Part shown: positions 30,155-39,918 of the stretch, piece by piece
Layout of the letters: the number at the start of each line of letters is the position of its first letter
Position numbering within the stretch: the first letter of the stretch is position 1
Source: an uncultured Candidatus Saccharibacteria bacterium
GTDB lineage: Bacteria; Patescibacteriota; WWE3; UBA101185; UBA10185
DNA length: 64,000 bases
Direction: 5' to 3'
Assembly (NCBI GenBank): GCA_964615625.1
Contig: CAZTQT010000004.1
Coordinates: forward strand, 2,728 to 66,727
The notes under the pieces: generated by a model
Database searches by the model: none
Seen by the model: the letters and a program-made list of their open reading frames with translations, nothing else
What the model was told of the DNA's origin: nothing
Translations under genes and position numbers: made by a program

Positions 30155-30619
30155 ATGGAAAGTGTGACAACAGGTAGTTCTAAAAGTTCGTTTGATATTT
30201 GCATCGAGATTGTAGATGATCTTAAACGTGGGGATCCCTTAAGGGAAAAATACCTTAGAAAAGCTTGTGAACTTATGTGTTCTAAAGAGCAGGGAATATC
30301 TCTATTGCTCAGCATGATTGGTGTTCCTGAAGGCAGTGCCCTTAGAAAAGAATTCTTTCATAAATTTCTTAAAATGTGTGAAACATATGATGATTTTAAT
30401 AAATTAGGATGTCTGATTAAAAATACTGGGCTGGCCAAAATAGCTTTTGAAGAAAGTTTGAAACATGCTGATAACAAGAAACAGTGTAGACTTGTTCACG
30501 ACTTCGCTGAAGATCAAGGTTTCAGTGACTTGTGTGATAAGGCCATTTGTAGAGCCAGTGAGATCATTAAATCTAAAGAAGCACAAGAAATGAAGGAGGA
30601 GAGAGTAGCTGTCAGCTAA
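30155..30619 (+). CDS. Hypothetical Cys-rich helical-repeat protein
   Basis: ATG at 30155 after strong SD; weak ~32-aa repeats (GDPLREKYL/GSALRKEFF). Confidence 0.65.
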   Translation: MESVTTGSSKSSFDICIEIVDDLKRGDPLREKYLRKACELMCSKEQGISLLLSMIGVPEGSALRKEFFHKFLKMCETYDDFNKLGCLIKNTGLAKIAFEESLKHADNKKQCRLVHDFAEDQGFSDLCDKAICRASEIIKSKEAQEMKEERVAVS

Positions 30620-30644
30620 TTAACTCTGTAATCTGATTTTTGAC

Positions 30645-30677
30645 AAAGCCGGGCAAGTAAAAACTTTCTCGGCTTTT
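30645..30677 (+). terminator. Intrinsic terminator
   Basis: AAAGCCGG...TCGGCTTTT hairpin after the orphan gene. Confidence 0.65.
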
Positions 30678-30684
30678 CCTATAC

Positions 30685-30728
30685 CCAAATAAAACCCGTA
30701 GACATTTAATCTATTTATCTTGTACAAT
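30685..30728 (+). promoter_or_regulatory. uvrA promoter with candidate LexA box
   Basis: CCAAA-N6-CCGTA abutting TAGACA-18-TACAAT. Confidence 0.5.
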
Positions 30729-30737
30729 ATCTTCGTC

Positions 30738-33734
30738 ATGAATGATTCTATTTCACACATTTTGGTCAGAGGGGCTAAACAAAATAATCTTAAAAACGTA
30801 GATCTTGATATACCAAAAAATAAGATGGTTATTTTTACAGGTGTCTCTGGATCAGGTAAATCTTCTTTAGCAATGGATACTATTTATGCTGAAGGTCAGA
30901 GAAGATATGTTGAAAGTTTATCGGCCTACGCTAGGCAGTTTTTAGGAATAATGGATAAACCTGATGTAGAAAAAATTGATGGTTTGTCTCCTGCTATAGC
31001 CATTGACCAAAAAACTACTAGCAAAAATCCTAGATCAACAGTAGGGACAATTACAGAAATATACGATTTTTTAAGACTTTTATATGCTCGTATCGGCCAT
31101 CCCCATTGTCCAGAATGTGGAAGAGAGATAGAAAGGCAATCGGCCCAAGAGATAGTAGAAAAAATAATGGAGATTGTTTCTCAAGAGACTGATTTTAAGA
31201 GTGAGCGGGGGATCAGATTTATGATCATGTCCCCAGTTGTTAAAGATAGAAAGGGAGAATTTTCTTCACTATTTGATAATTTGAGAAAGCAGGGGGTCGT
31301 AAGAGCAAGGATAGATGGAAACATTAGAGATTTATCTGAAGATTTCAATCTTATAAAAACTAACAAACATAGTATAGATGCCGTTATTTCTAGACATACA
31401 ATAAGTAATAAAAAAATAAAAAAAGATGAAGATAAAAAAGAAGTAGAATCCCAAATATACCAATCTATAGAAACGGCTTTGAGAATGGGATCTGGTAATG
31501 CTCTAGTATCCTTTATAAAAGATAAGACATTTGAATTTCCAGATCAGCCAAAAGAATTTGATGATCGTTTATTTTCAGAAAATTTTGCATGTCCCGTCTG
31601 TAATATATCTTTACCAGAAATTGAACCAAGAACTTTTTCTTTTAACTCTCCTCATGGAGCGTGTCCGTCTTGTGATGGTATAGGTACAAAATTAAGGATT
31701 GATGAGGATCTAGTGGTTAACCCACGACTTTCAATTTCTGAAGGAGGTGTCCTGCCTTGGACCCGACTTTTTGAGCATATAACTTGGACGTCTAAGGTTG
31801 TGAAGTTAGTTGCTGAACAAAATAATTTTTCTTTAGATGAACCAATAGGTGAGTTAAGTAAAAAAGCTAGAGATGTGTTGTTTTATGGAACTCCCGGAAA
31901 AAAATATAAAGTATCTTTTGTAAACCAAGAAGGTCAGAAGAGAACATACGACGCAGGTTTTGAGGGTGTTATACCAAATCTTCAAAGAAGATATAAAGAA
32001 ACTAATTCTGATTATGTAAAATCTGAAATTGAAAAATACATGGTTAAGGAAAAATGCCCTGTTTGTAATGGTGCTAGATTAAAAAAAGAATCTCTATCCT
32101 TTACTTTGGCAGGAAAGAATATAGATGAAGTAACTCATATGTCAGTTAAAGAGGTTAATAGTTGGTTTGAGTCTCTTCCTAATAAACTAAATTCAAGAGA
32201 GAACAGCATAGCAAGTACAATTTTGAAAGAAATATCTTTTAGAACTAAATTTTTAGTTGATGTTGGTTTAAGTTACCTTACCTTGGGGCGTGCTTCCGCA
32301 GAACTTTCTGGAGGAGAAGCTCAAAGAATAAGACTTGCATCTCAAATAGGCTCCGGCTTAAGTGGTGTTCTATATGTTTTGGATGAGCCTTCTCTTGGTT
32401 TACACCAAACAGATCAAAGTAAATTAATTCAAACCCTCCACCATCTAAGAGATCTAGGAAACACTGTTTTAGTTGTTGAGCATGATGCTGAAACCATGCT
32501 CAGAAGTGATTACATTTTTGATTTTGGTCCAGGGGCTGGGGAGCATGGTGGTGAGGTCATTGCTGAGGGAACACCTCAGCAAATAAAAAAAGATAAAAAC
32601 TCTATCACAGGAAAGTATTTGTCTGGTGAACTTGTGGTAGGAAAAAACTTACCATCTGGGAATGGAAATAAAAATTTTGAAGATTTACTTATTGAAGAAT
32701 CTATAGCAAATAAGAAAAAGAATCCAAAAGGAAAGTTTTTAACTGTAAAAAATGCTACGGGAAGAAATCTAAAAAAAGTTGATCTCAACATTCCCTTGGG
32801 AAAATTTATTTGTGTAACCGGGGTATCTGGTTCAGGAAAATCTACTTTGGTAATGGATACCTTATATCAAGGTTTAAGACAAATGTTTGGATTAAAAATA
32901 GAAGAAAAACCCGAGCCCTTTGAATTGATAACAGGTATAGAAAATATCTCAAATGTTATTGCTATAGACCAAAGTCCAATAGGAAGAACTCCAAAATCTA
33001 ATCCAGCAACATACACAAAAGTATTTGATCACATAAGGAGCTTATACTCTCAGACTCAAGAAGCAAAAATAAGAGGTTATAGCCAAGGTAGGTTTAGTTT
33101 TAATGTAAAGGGTGGTAGATGTGAAGCTTGTGGAGGGGAGGGACAGGTAAAAATAGAAATGCAATTTATGCCCGATGTTTATGTAAAGTGTGATGTGTGT
33201 AAAGGTAAAAGATATAACTCAGAAGCATTAGAGATTGAATATAAAGGAAAAAATATTGCCGATGTTCTTGATATGACTGTTGAAGAGGCTTTAAAGTTTT
33301 TTGAAAATATCCCACAAATAAGAAGAAAAATGGAAACTTTGTATGATGTTGGTTTGGGATATATAAAACTTGGACAACCTGCTCCAACCATGTCGGGAGG
33401 AGAAGCTCAAAGAGTAAAATTAGCTCTAGAGTTATCAAAACGATCCACCGGAAGCACGTTGTACATACTGGATGAACCTACGACCGGACTTCATTTTGCT
33501 GATTTAGAGAATCTTATTTCAATTTGCAAACGTCTTACTGCTAGAGGTAATACTGTTGTTATGATTGAGCATAATTTAGATATAGTTAAAAATTGTGATT
33601 GGGTTATAGATCTTGGTCCGGAAGGTGGTGATGGTGGAGGAGAGATTTTGTTTGAAGGCACTGTTGAGGATTTGAAAAAGTGTAAAAAATCACACACAGC
33701 GGAGGCTTTAAATGTTGATTGGTATGCTGATTAA
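30738..33734 (+). CDS. uvrA: Excinuclease ABC subunit A
   Basis: Two GVSGSGKS P-loops, (L/M)SGGEAQR twice, zinc fingers. Confidence 0.97.
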   Translation: MNDSISHILVRGAKQNNLKNVDLDIPKNKMVIFTGVSGSGKSSLAMDTIYAEGQRRYVESLSAYARQFLGIMDKPDVEKIDGLSPAIAIDQKTTSKNPRSTVGTITEIYDFLRLLYARIGHPHCPECGREIERQSAQEIVEKIMEIVSQETDFKSERGIRFMIMSPVVKDRKGEFSSLFDNLRKQGVVRARIDGNIRDLSEDFNLIKTNKHSIDAVISRHTISNKKIKKDEDKKEVESQIYQSIETALRMGSGNALVSFIKDKTFEFPDQPKEFDDRLFSENFACPVCNISLPEIEPRTFSFNSPHGACPSCDGIGTKLRIDEDLVVNPRLSISEGGVLPWTRLFEHITWTSKVVKLVAEQNNFSLDEPIGELSKKARDVLFYGTPGKKYKVSFVNQEGQKRTYDAGFEGVIPNLQRRYKETNSDYVKSEIEKYMVKEKCPVCNGARLKKESLSFTLAGKNIDEVTHMSVKEVNSWFESLPNKLNSRENSIASTILKEISFRTKFLVDVGLSYLTLGRASAELSGGEAQRIRLASQIGSGLSGVLYVLDEPSLGLHQTDQSKLIQTLHHLRDLGNTVLVVEHDAETMLRSDYIFDFGPGAGEHGGEVIAEGTPQQIKKDKNSITGKYLSGELVVGKNLPSGNGNKNFEDLLIEESIANKKKNPKGKFLTVKNATGRNLKKVDLNIPLGKFICVTGVSGSGKSTLVMDTLYQGLRQMFGLKIEEKPEPFELITGIENISNVIAIDQSPIGRTPKSNPATYTKVFDHIRSLYSQTQEAKIRGYSQGRFSFNVKGGRCEACGGEGQVKIEMQFMPDVYVKCDVCKGKRYNSEALEIEYKGKNIADVLDMTVEEALKFFENIPQIRRKMETLYDVGLGYIKLGQPAPTMSGGEAQRVKLALELSKRSTGSTLYILDEPTTGLHFADLENLISICKRLTARGNTVVMIEHNLDIVKNCDWVIDLGPEGGDGGGEILFEGTVEDLKKCKKSHTAEALNVDWYAD

Positions 33735-35458
33735 AAGCCAGCCTGATATTTATTTCCGTCTATGTCTTCAAAGTGAATAGTGTTAGAATCCCCGTCTACG
33801 TACAAATAGGTATGACTTCTTGTAGGTAGTATTTTCCTATCAAGATTATAAATCGTAATGTTTCCTGTGTTTTCAATTTTTAACTTTAGTTTCCCTTTTA
33901 TTATTTGTATAGGATTAAAATTAGTAACTTTTTTAATTGATACGGCTGGCATAAAATACTCCTCTGACATATTTTTTGATAAATCAACCTCAATAAGTTT
34001 TCCATTTTCTGAAAATCTATAAGATCCTGCTGGGTACGGGTATTTAGAACTTAACCCCTTTATAACAAAAGCAAAATGTCCTGTATCAAGTTTTGAAAAA
34101 TAATCTACGCCTGATGTAGCTCCCCAAGTTGGATCCACCTGCACCCATCCGTAAAATGGATCATAAAATTCTGCCCAAGAGTGCAAAAAATCTCCCTTAT
34201 TAAAACTTATTGATAGGGGTTTGCTATTGTCATCTGGTGTAAATGCATATCCATTTACTTCTCTGGCAGGTATTCCAAAAGCTCTGGATAAAGCTATAAA
34301 CAAGTCTGTAAACTCCATACACGTCCATTTTCCTTCCTGAGTTATCACTGCTTCAGCACCAACTCTTTCTACCAAACCATTTGAGGCAGCATTGAAGTCG
34401 TATTTTATATTTTGGACTATGAAGTTGTATATTTTTTGAGCGTTTTTTGTAACACTTAAATCTTCATTTTTTAATTCTTGAACTACTTTTTGTATATACG
34501 GTGATTTTGTTTCCCAGTATTCTTTTGGCTTAGTATAATTTTTAACAATATCTTTTGGTAGCTCATTGAAACCTCTTCCAAAGTCAGGGTTTATCTGTTC
34601 TCCATAAAGTTTTGCTGTTCCTATAACTTCTACCTCTAGATTTTTTTTAGGTTTTAATATGTAATACGCTATTAAATTACCATCCTTATCAATCTTTAAT
34701 TTGTGTGGTTTTGGATCTAGCTTTTTATAACTTACACTTTGAGACTTCTTAATGTCTGGAGGTAATGCTATTTTCTTTATAGAGGGAAGTATAGAATTGT
34801 TTTGTATTTGATATTTCAACCTAAAATTAACTGGCTGATATTCTCCAAAAGCTGCAGTTATGCCTGCAGTTTTTAAAACCTCGTTTGTAAAATAATATGT
34901 ATTTGAATCCTCTTCTGCTTTTTCTATCACAGGTGCGGGGGATATATAGATTTTCTCACCAAAAGATTTTGGAACAGATATTTTTACATTGTACAAAGTT
35001 GTTTTTTCAGGAACCTGTATTTTTGGTAAATATAAATTCCATATATTTCCAGATTTAGAAACTATGCTTTTTGTTTTATATTTCAAAACTATTTTATTTT
35101 GTCTACCTTTTCCTATTGCGTGATCCCTTATAGTGACCGTTACTTTAGTGCTTTCTCCCAGCTCATCTACTTGGGGATTTACTTCTTTATCATTAGAAAG
35201 AACTGATACGTCATAAATATTCAATTGTTTAGAAGAAAAAGAATAGTTGGTTGGTATAGAGTCATTTTGGAGATTTGTAATAATAGCCTCATGTATAACA
35301 GACGCTTCTCCGCTCGTTTCTACAATATAATCAAGGTTGTAATCTATAGAAAATTGATCTTCTTGGGCAAAAGATAGTTTAGATAAAGATAAAATTAAAA
35401 ATGAAAAGAAGACGATACTTTTTGATACGTGTTTTCTTTTTAAAAATCTGATCAACAT
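33731..35458 (-). CDS. Secreted transglutaminase-like (Cys-His-Asp) domain protein
   Basis: Signal peptide; TCMEF, GIPAR, HSWAE, VDPTW. Confidence 0.8.
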   Translation of the reverse strand: MLIRFLKRKHVSKSIVFFSFLILSLSKLSFAQEDQFSIDYNLDYIVETSGEASVIHEAIITNLQNDSIPTNYSFSSKQLNIYDVSVLSNDKEVNPQVDELGESTKVTVTIRDHAIGKGRQNKIVLKYKTKSIVSKSGNIWNLYLPKIQVPEKTTLYNVKISVPKSFGEKIYISPAPVIEKAEEDSNTYYFTNEVLKTAGITAAFGEYQPVNFRLKYQIQNNSILPSIKKIALPPDIKKSQSVSYKKLDPKPHKLKIDKDGNLIAYYILKPKKNLEVEVIGTAKLYGEQINPDFGRGFNELPKDIVKNYTKPKEYWETKSPYIQKVVQELKNEDLSVTKNAQKIYNFIVQNIKYDFNAASNGLVERVGAEAVITQEGKWTCMEFTDLFIALSRAFGIPAREVNGYAFTPDDNSKPLSISFNKGDFLHSWAEFYDPFYGWVQVDPTWGATSGVDYFSKLDTGHFAFVIKGLSSKYPYPAGSYRFSENGKLIEVDLSKNMSEEYFMPAVSIKKVTNFNPIQIIKGKLKLKIENTGNITIYNLDRKILPTRSHTYLYVDGDSNTIHFEDIDGNKYQAGF

Positions 35459-35481
35459 CTACTAAATGCTACAATAAGCGT

Positions 35482-36822
35482 GTGGAAAGCTCAAATTTGA
35501 GAGAAAAAGTTAATAATTTACCACAACTTCCAGGTTCTTATATTTTTAAAGATTCTTCTGGAAAAGTTATATATGTTGGTAAGGCAAAGAATTTAAGATC
35601 CAGAGTAAAATCCTATTTTTCAGTTGATATTCCATCTAATTTCAAAACAGCAGAGTTAGTAAAAAGGATTAATGATCTTGATTTTATACAAGTAGATTCA
35701 GAATTTGAGGCAATAATATTAGAAGCCGAGCTTATAAAAAAGTACCGACCTAAGTACAACATTGTTCTTAAAGATGATAAATCCAAAATTTATATAGTTA
35801 TTAGAAAAGAAAAAGTTGATATTAATGGTAGATTAATTGATTTACCAAGGGTTATTACTGCTAGAAAACCCGAGCTTTTGGATTCTGATATTGTATTTGG
35901 ACCTTTTCCAAATAATACTGTTGTTAAATATATACTTGGAACTTTAAGAAAAATATTTCCTTTCAGAGATTGTAGTGTTTCAAAATTTACAAAATATAAA
36001 AAGATAAATTCCCCATGTTTGTATGGACACATAGGTTTATGCACTGGTCCTTGTTTTAAAAACTCTCCAAATGAAATTGCTTTGTATAAACAAAATATAT
36101 CTAGGATTAAAAAAATATTGTTGGGTAATATATCTTCTTTTATTTCAAAAACTGAAAAACAAATGGGAAAATATTCTAAAGAAGAAGAGTTTGAAAAAGC
36201 TTTGATCTGCAGAGACACTTTACAGAAATTTTATTATGTGCAAAAAACCTTTAGAGATGCCGGAGATTATATTGATAACCCTTATTTAATAGATGATCTA
36301 AGTAAAAAAGCTATTGAAGAAATTTCTGGTTTTTTGCCCTTTTTAAAAACTCCTCCAAAAAGAATTGAATGTTACGATATTTCTAATATATCTGGTAAAG
36401 AGTCTGTAGGATCAATGGTTGTTGCCATAGATGGGAAGATAGATAAATCTGAGTATAGAAAATTTAAAATAAAACTGAAAAATAAACCCGATGATTTTGG
36501 AATGATGTATGAAGTTTTGTATAGAAGATTGAAGTCTGGCATTAAAAATAAATCTCTTCCTGACCTTATTATTGTTGATGGCGGGAAGCCTCAAGTATCA
36601 TCCGGTATGGAAGTTCTAAAGGAATTAGATATAGAAATTCCATTGATAGGTATAGCAGAAAAGAATGAAACACTTGTTTATAAAGACGATGGTATTTTTG
36701 TGGAAGATAATCATCCAAAAGATAGTTATGGTATGAAGCTTATCATTAGTTTAAGAGATGAGGCTCATAGATTTGCTCAAAGTTATCATCATACTTTAAT
36801 GAAGAAAAATATTACTGGGTAG
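35482..36822 (+). CDS. uvrC: Excinuclease ABC subunit C (short form, no C-terminal HhH)
   Basis: GIY-YIG IYVGKAKNLRSRV; RIECYDIS, IVDGGKPQ, RDEAHRFA. Confidence 0.92.
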   Translation: MESSNLREKVNNLPQLPGSYIFKDSSGKVIYVGKAKNLRSRVKSYFSVDIPSNFKTAELVKRINDLDFIQVDSEFEAIILEAELIKKYRPKYNIVLKDDKSKIYIVIRKEKVDINGRLIDLPRVITARKPELLDSDIVFGPFPNNTVVKYILGTLRKIFPFRDCSVSKFTKYKKINSPCLYGHIGLCTGPCFKNSPNEIALYKQNISRIKKILLGNISSFISKTEKQMGKYSKEEEFEKALICRDTLQKFYYVQKTFRDAGDYIDNPYLIDDLSKKAIEEISGFLPFLKTPPKRIECYDISNISGKESVGSMVVAIDGKIDKSEYRKFKIKLKNKPDDFGMMYEVLYRRLKSGIKNKSLPDLIIVDGGKPQVSSGMEVLKELDIEIPLIGIAEKNETLVYKDDGIFVEDNHPKDSYGMKLIISLRDEAHRFAQSYHHTLMKKNITG

Positions 36823-36862
36823 GTTGTAAAACATCTCTTTTTAGTTTTTAATTTAATAAACC

Positions 36863-37270
36863 ATGAAAAAAATCATAAGAACTGTGCTTTTTATATTTTT
36901 ATCCCTGTATGTCACTGATTGGGCTATTGGTGGGTTTTCCTATAGTGAAAATAAAACTATTTATTTATCTATGTTAGCTCTCTTGGTTCTGTATCTCTTT
37001 CTTAGGCCTGTTGCATCAGTTGTATCTCTGCCAACTAGTGGGAGTGTTTTTTTCTTGATCTCGTTTATATCGACAGGTATAGTTTTTTATGCTTTGGCTA
37101 ATATAATATATGATCTTTCTTTTCAACCAACGACTCTTAAAAGTTTGAATATTTTGGGCTTTGTGCTACCATCTAAAGATTTAGATAGCCTTTGGTCACT
37201 TATTTTCTCTGCCTTAGCAACTAGTAGCGTGTACTTGTTTTTGGAGGGTCTTTGTCCAAAGAAAAAATAA
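36863..37270 (+). CDS. 4-TM membrane protein (YvlD/phage-holin-like family)
   Basis: Four TM helices, LRPVASVVSLP pattern, located before secG. Confidence 0.55.
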   Translation: MKKIIRTVLFIFLSLYVTDWAIGGFSYSENKTIYLSMLALLVLYLFLRPVASVVSLPTSGSVFFLISFISTGIVFYALANIIYDLSFQPTTLKSLNILGFVLPSKDLDSLWSLIFSALATSSVYLFLEGLCPKKK

Positions 37271-37271
37271 T

Positions 37272-37490
37272 ATGATTAAGTTTGTAAAAATATCTCAATT
37301 AGTTGTTTCAACTCTTCTTATAGTTTTAGTTTTAATTCAATCTAAGTCATCTGGCTTATCGTCTACTCTAAAAAGTTCTTTTAATATGTACAGATCATTG
37401 AGAGGTTTTGAGAAAATTATTTTTATTACAACTATAATTGCAGGAGTTTTATTAATAGTAAACTCTCTTCTTATAGTCTTTTTAGGGTAA
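37272..37490 (+). CDS. secG: Preprotein translocase subunit SecG
   Basis: LIVLVLIQSKSSGLS...RGFEK two-TM pattern. Confidence 0.85.
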   Translation: MIKFVKISQLVVSTLLIVLVLIQSKSSGLSSTLKSSFNMYRSLRGFEKIIFITTIIAGVLLIVNSLLIVFLG

Positions 37491-37492
37491 AT

Positions 37493-38827
37493 ATGTCAGG
37501 AATATTTATTGAAGGCGGTGTTCCACTAATAGGGGCAGTTACAGCTTCTGGGGCTAAAAACTCTGCATCAAAACTGATATTTGCTGCAATGTTTTCAAAC
37601 GAGGATGTTATTTTAAACAATGTTCCAAGAATAAAAACCATCATGGATGACATAGAGGTTATAGAGAGCGTTGGAGGCAAGGCAGAGTGGGTAGGTAACA
37701 ACACCTTGGCAGTCAACGGATCTCAGATTAATTCCTATGAGGTGCCTTTGGAGATTGGGGAGAAATATAGACTTGCGTTTTTACTTGCTGGGCCATTAAT
37801 TTTTAGATTTGGTAAAGCATTTATCCCAAAATATAAGTCAATTGATGGTAGGATTAAACCTGTAAATAGATTTCTAGAAACGTGGGAGTCTCTTGGCTTT
37901 AATATTGAAGAAGATGAGAATTATATAAAAATAATAAATGATGGTGATGCAAAAGGTTCTACCATAAAATTTAAAAATGTTAGTCATACTGCCACTGATA
38001 ATTCTCTACTATCATCAGTTTTTTTGCCTGGAGAATCTACTGTAATTAACGCATCTCAAGATCCCGAAGTAGATGATCTAATTGGTTTTTTGTGTGGGAT
38101 GGGTGCTGAAATATCCAGAGTTGAAAACGGAGATATTGTTATAAAAGGGACAGGTTTATTTAATGGTACTATATTTGAAGTGTGTTCTGACAAGACGGAA
38201 ATTGCGGTTTTTGCTACTTTGGCTGTTTTGACTAGAGGTAACATATCAATTAAAAATGTGAAAAGAGATTTGGTTTTACAGTTTATAAACTTTTTAAATA
38301 AGATAGGTGTTAGATTTGAGTTTTCTGGGGATGACCTTAGAGTTTGGAGGCACGGTGAGGACTTAATTCCACAAAATATAGAAATATCTTCTCCTCCAGG
38401 ATTTATACATGATTGGCAATCACTAGCTACTTTAATTCTTACTCAGGCTAATGGTGAGAGTTTTGTACATGATACTGTGTATACAGATAGATTTGATTAT
38501 TGTTTGGACTTAAATAGAATGGGGGCAAAGATAGACTTGGTTAAACCATCTGAAGCTGGGATGGTGCCAGTTATAAGTGATGATGCTTACAGTATTGAAG
38601 AGATGGGGGAGCCTAAAACAGTTGCAAAGATAACTGGTCCAACAAAATTAAAAGGTGAGCGTTTAACTGTAGAAGATTTTAAAAATGGTTCAGTTTTAGT
38701 TTTAGCTGCTCTTACTGCAGAAGGTAAAAGTGAGATAATAGGTTTAGAAAATATAAATTATTATTTTGAAGATTTTGTTGATAAACTTAAATCATTGGGA
38801 GCAAAAATATGGGAACAATCGGATTAA
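37493..38827 (+). CDS. murA: MurA-family enolpyruvyl transferase homolog (degenerate active site)
   Basis: GAKNSA, LAGPL, PGFIHD, LAALTAEGKSEI; Cys115 loop absent. Confidence 0.75.
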   Translation: MSGIFIEGGVPLIGAVTASGAKNSASKLIFAAMFSNEDVILNNVPRIKTIMDDIEVIESVGGKAEWVGNNTLAVNGSQINSYEVPLEIGEKYRLAFLLAGPLIFRFGKAFIPKYKSIDGRIKPVNRFLETWESLGFNIEEDENYIKIINDGDAKGSTIKFKNVSHTATDNSLLSSVFLPGESTVINASQDPEVDDLIGFLCGMGAEISRVENGDIVIKGTGLFNGTIFEVCSDKTEIAVFATLAVLTRGNISIKNVKRDLVLQFINFLNKIGVRFEFSGDDLRVWRHGEDLIPQNIEISSPPGFIHDWQSLATLILTQANGESFVHDTVYTDRFDYCLDLNRMGAKIDLVKPSEAGMVPVISDDAYSIEEMGEPKTVAKITGPTKLKGERLTVEDFKNGSVLVLAALTAEGKSEIIGLENINYYFEDFVDKLKSLGAKIWEQSD

Positions 38828-39909
38828 TATTTGATTTTCTTTTACTTTTTTTAGCTTGTTTAATATCTCTTGCTGCTTATCCTTTTTGGATAAATTTTGT
38901 TTATAAGTTTCAAATGGGAGAGAACATAAGAGAAGATGGTCCTGCTACACATAAAGTAAAAAAGGGTACACCTACCATGGGTGGGATGGTTTTTGTCTTT
39001 ACAGTTGCGGTAGTGAGCCTAATTTTTAACAGATCTAGGACACAAACCCTTTTCCCATTATTCATTTCTATAGTAGCGGGATTGTTAGGAATGTTTGATG
39101 ATTTTACAAAAGTTTATAGAAAATCTGGTTTACCTGGGTTTTTTGAATATCATTTTGGAAGGTTTTTTCGTAGAAAAGGTACAGGGATATCGCGTTTTAA
39201 TATATTTGCAAAAACTTGGGGTTTGTTTAAAGAAGTCGCTAGAACTGTAGGAAGCTCTGAGGGTGATGGTGTGCAAACCTACACAAAATTTATTGTTCAG
39301 GGTTTAATAGCGGGTTTTGTTTCTTACTGGACTTATTTCAAGCTCGGGTGGGACTATGTATGGTTTCCTCTTCTTGGAAATGTTCACATAGGGTTTGGGT
39401 ACCCAATAGTGATTTTTTTACTTTTTATAGTTGTTATGAATGCTGTTGCTTTTACAGATGGCTTAGACGGTTTAGTTGGGGGTCTTTCCTTAATATCCTT
39501 CATAACCTTTTGGGTTCTTTCAAGAGTTCTTGGGTACAATTCTTTAGCTGGGTTTTGTGCAACGTTTGTTGGAGCTTTATTACCGTTTTTATATTTTAAT
39601 ATTTTTCCAGCCAGAGTATTTATGGGAAATGTTGGATCTCATGCATTAGGAGCAGTTTTAGCTGTTTTATCTGTAGTGATGCACAGAGAAATAGCTTTTT
39701 TATTTATAGGTATGGTTTTCTTATTTGATGGTATATCAAGTCCTTTGCAACAAATTGTTTATAAATTAACGCATAAAAGATTATTTAGAATGGCTCCAAT
39801 TCACCATCATTTTGAAATGCTTGGTTGGCCAGAAACCAAAATAACTCTGAGGTTTTTATTATTTGGTGTATTTTTTGCATTTGTTGGGTTTTTCATAGCC
39901 ATCCTTTAA
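38809..39909 (+). CDS. mraY: MraY-family phospho-sugar translocase (divergent)
   Basis: KKGTPTMGG, GMFDD, TDGLDGL, FMGNVGS, APIHHHFE. Confidence 0.85.
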   Translation: MGTIGLIFDFLLLFLACLISLAAYPFWINFVYKFQMGENIREDGPATHKVKKGTPTMGGMVFVFTVAVVSLIFNRSRTQTLFPLFISIVAGLLGMFDDFTKVYRKSGLPGFFEYHFGRFFRRKGTGISRFNIFAKTWGLFKEVARTVGSSEGDGVQTYTKFIVQGLIAGFVSYWTYFKLGWDYVWFPLLGNVHIGFGYPIVIFLLFIVVMNAVAFTDGLDGLVGGLSLISFITFWVLSRVLGYNSLAGFCATFVGALLPFLYFNIFPARVFMGNVGSHALGAVLAVLSVVMHREIAFLFIGMVFLFDGISSPLQQIVYKLTHKRLFRMAPIHHHFEMLGWPETKITLRFLLFGVFFAFVGFFIAIL

Positions 39910-39918
39910 AATAAGTTA

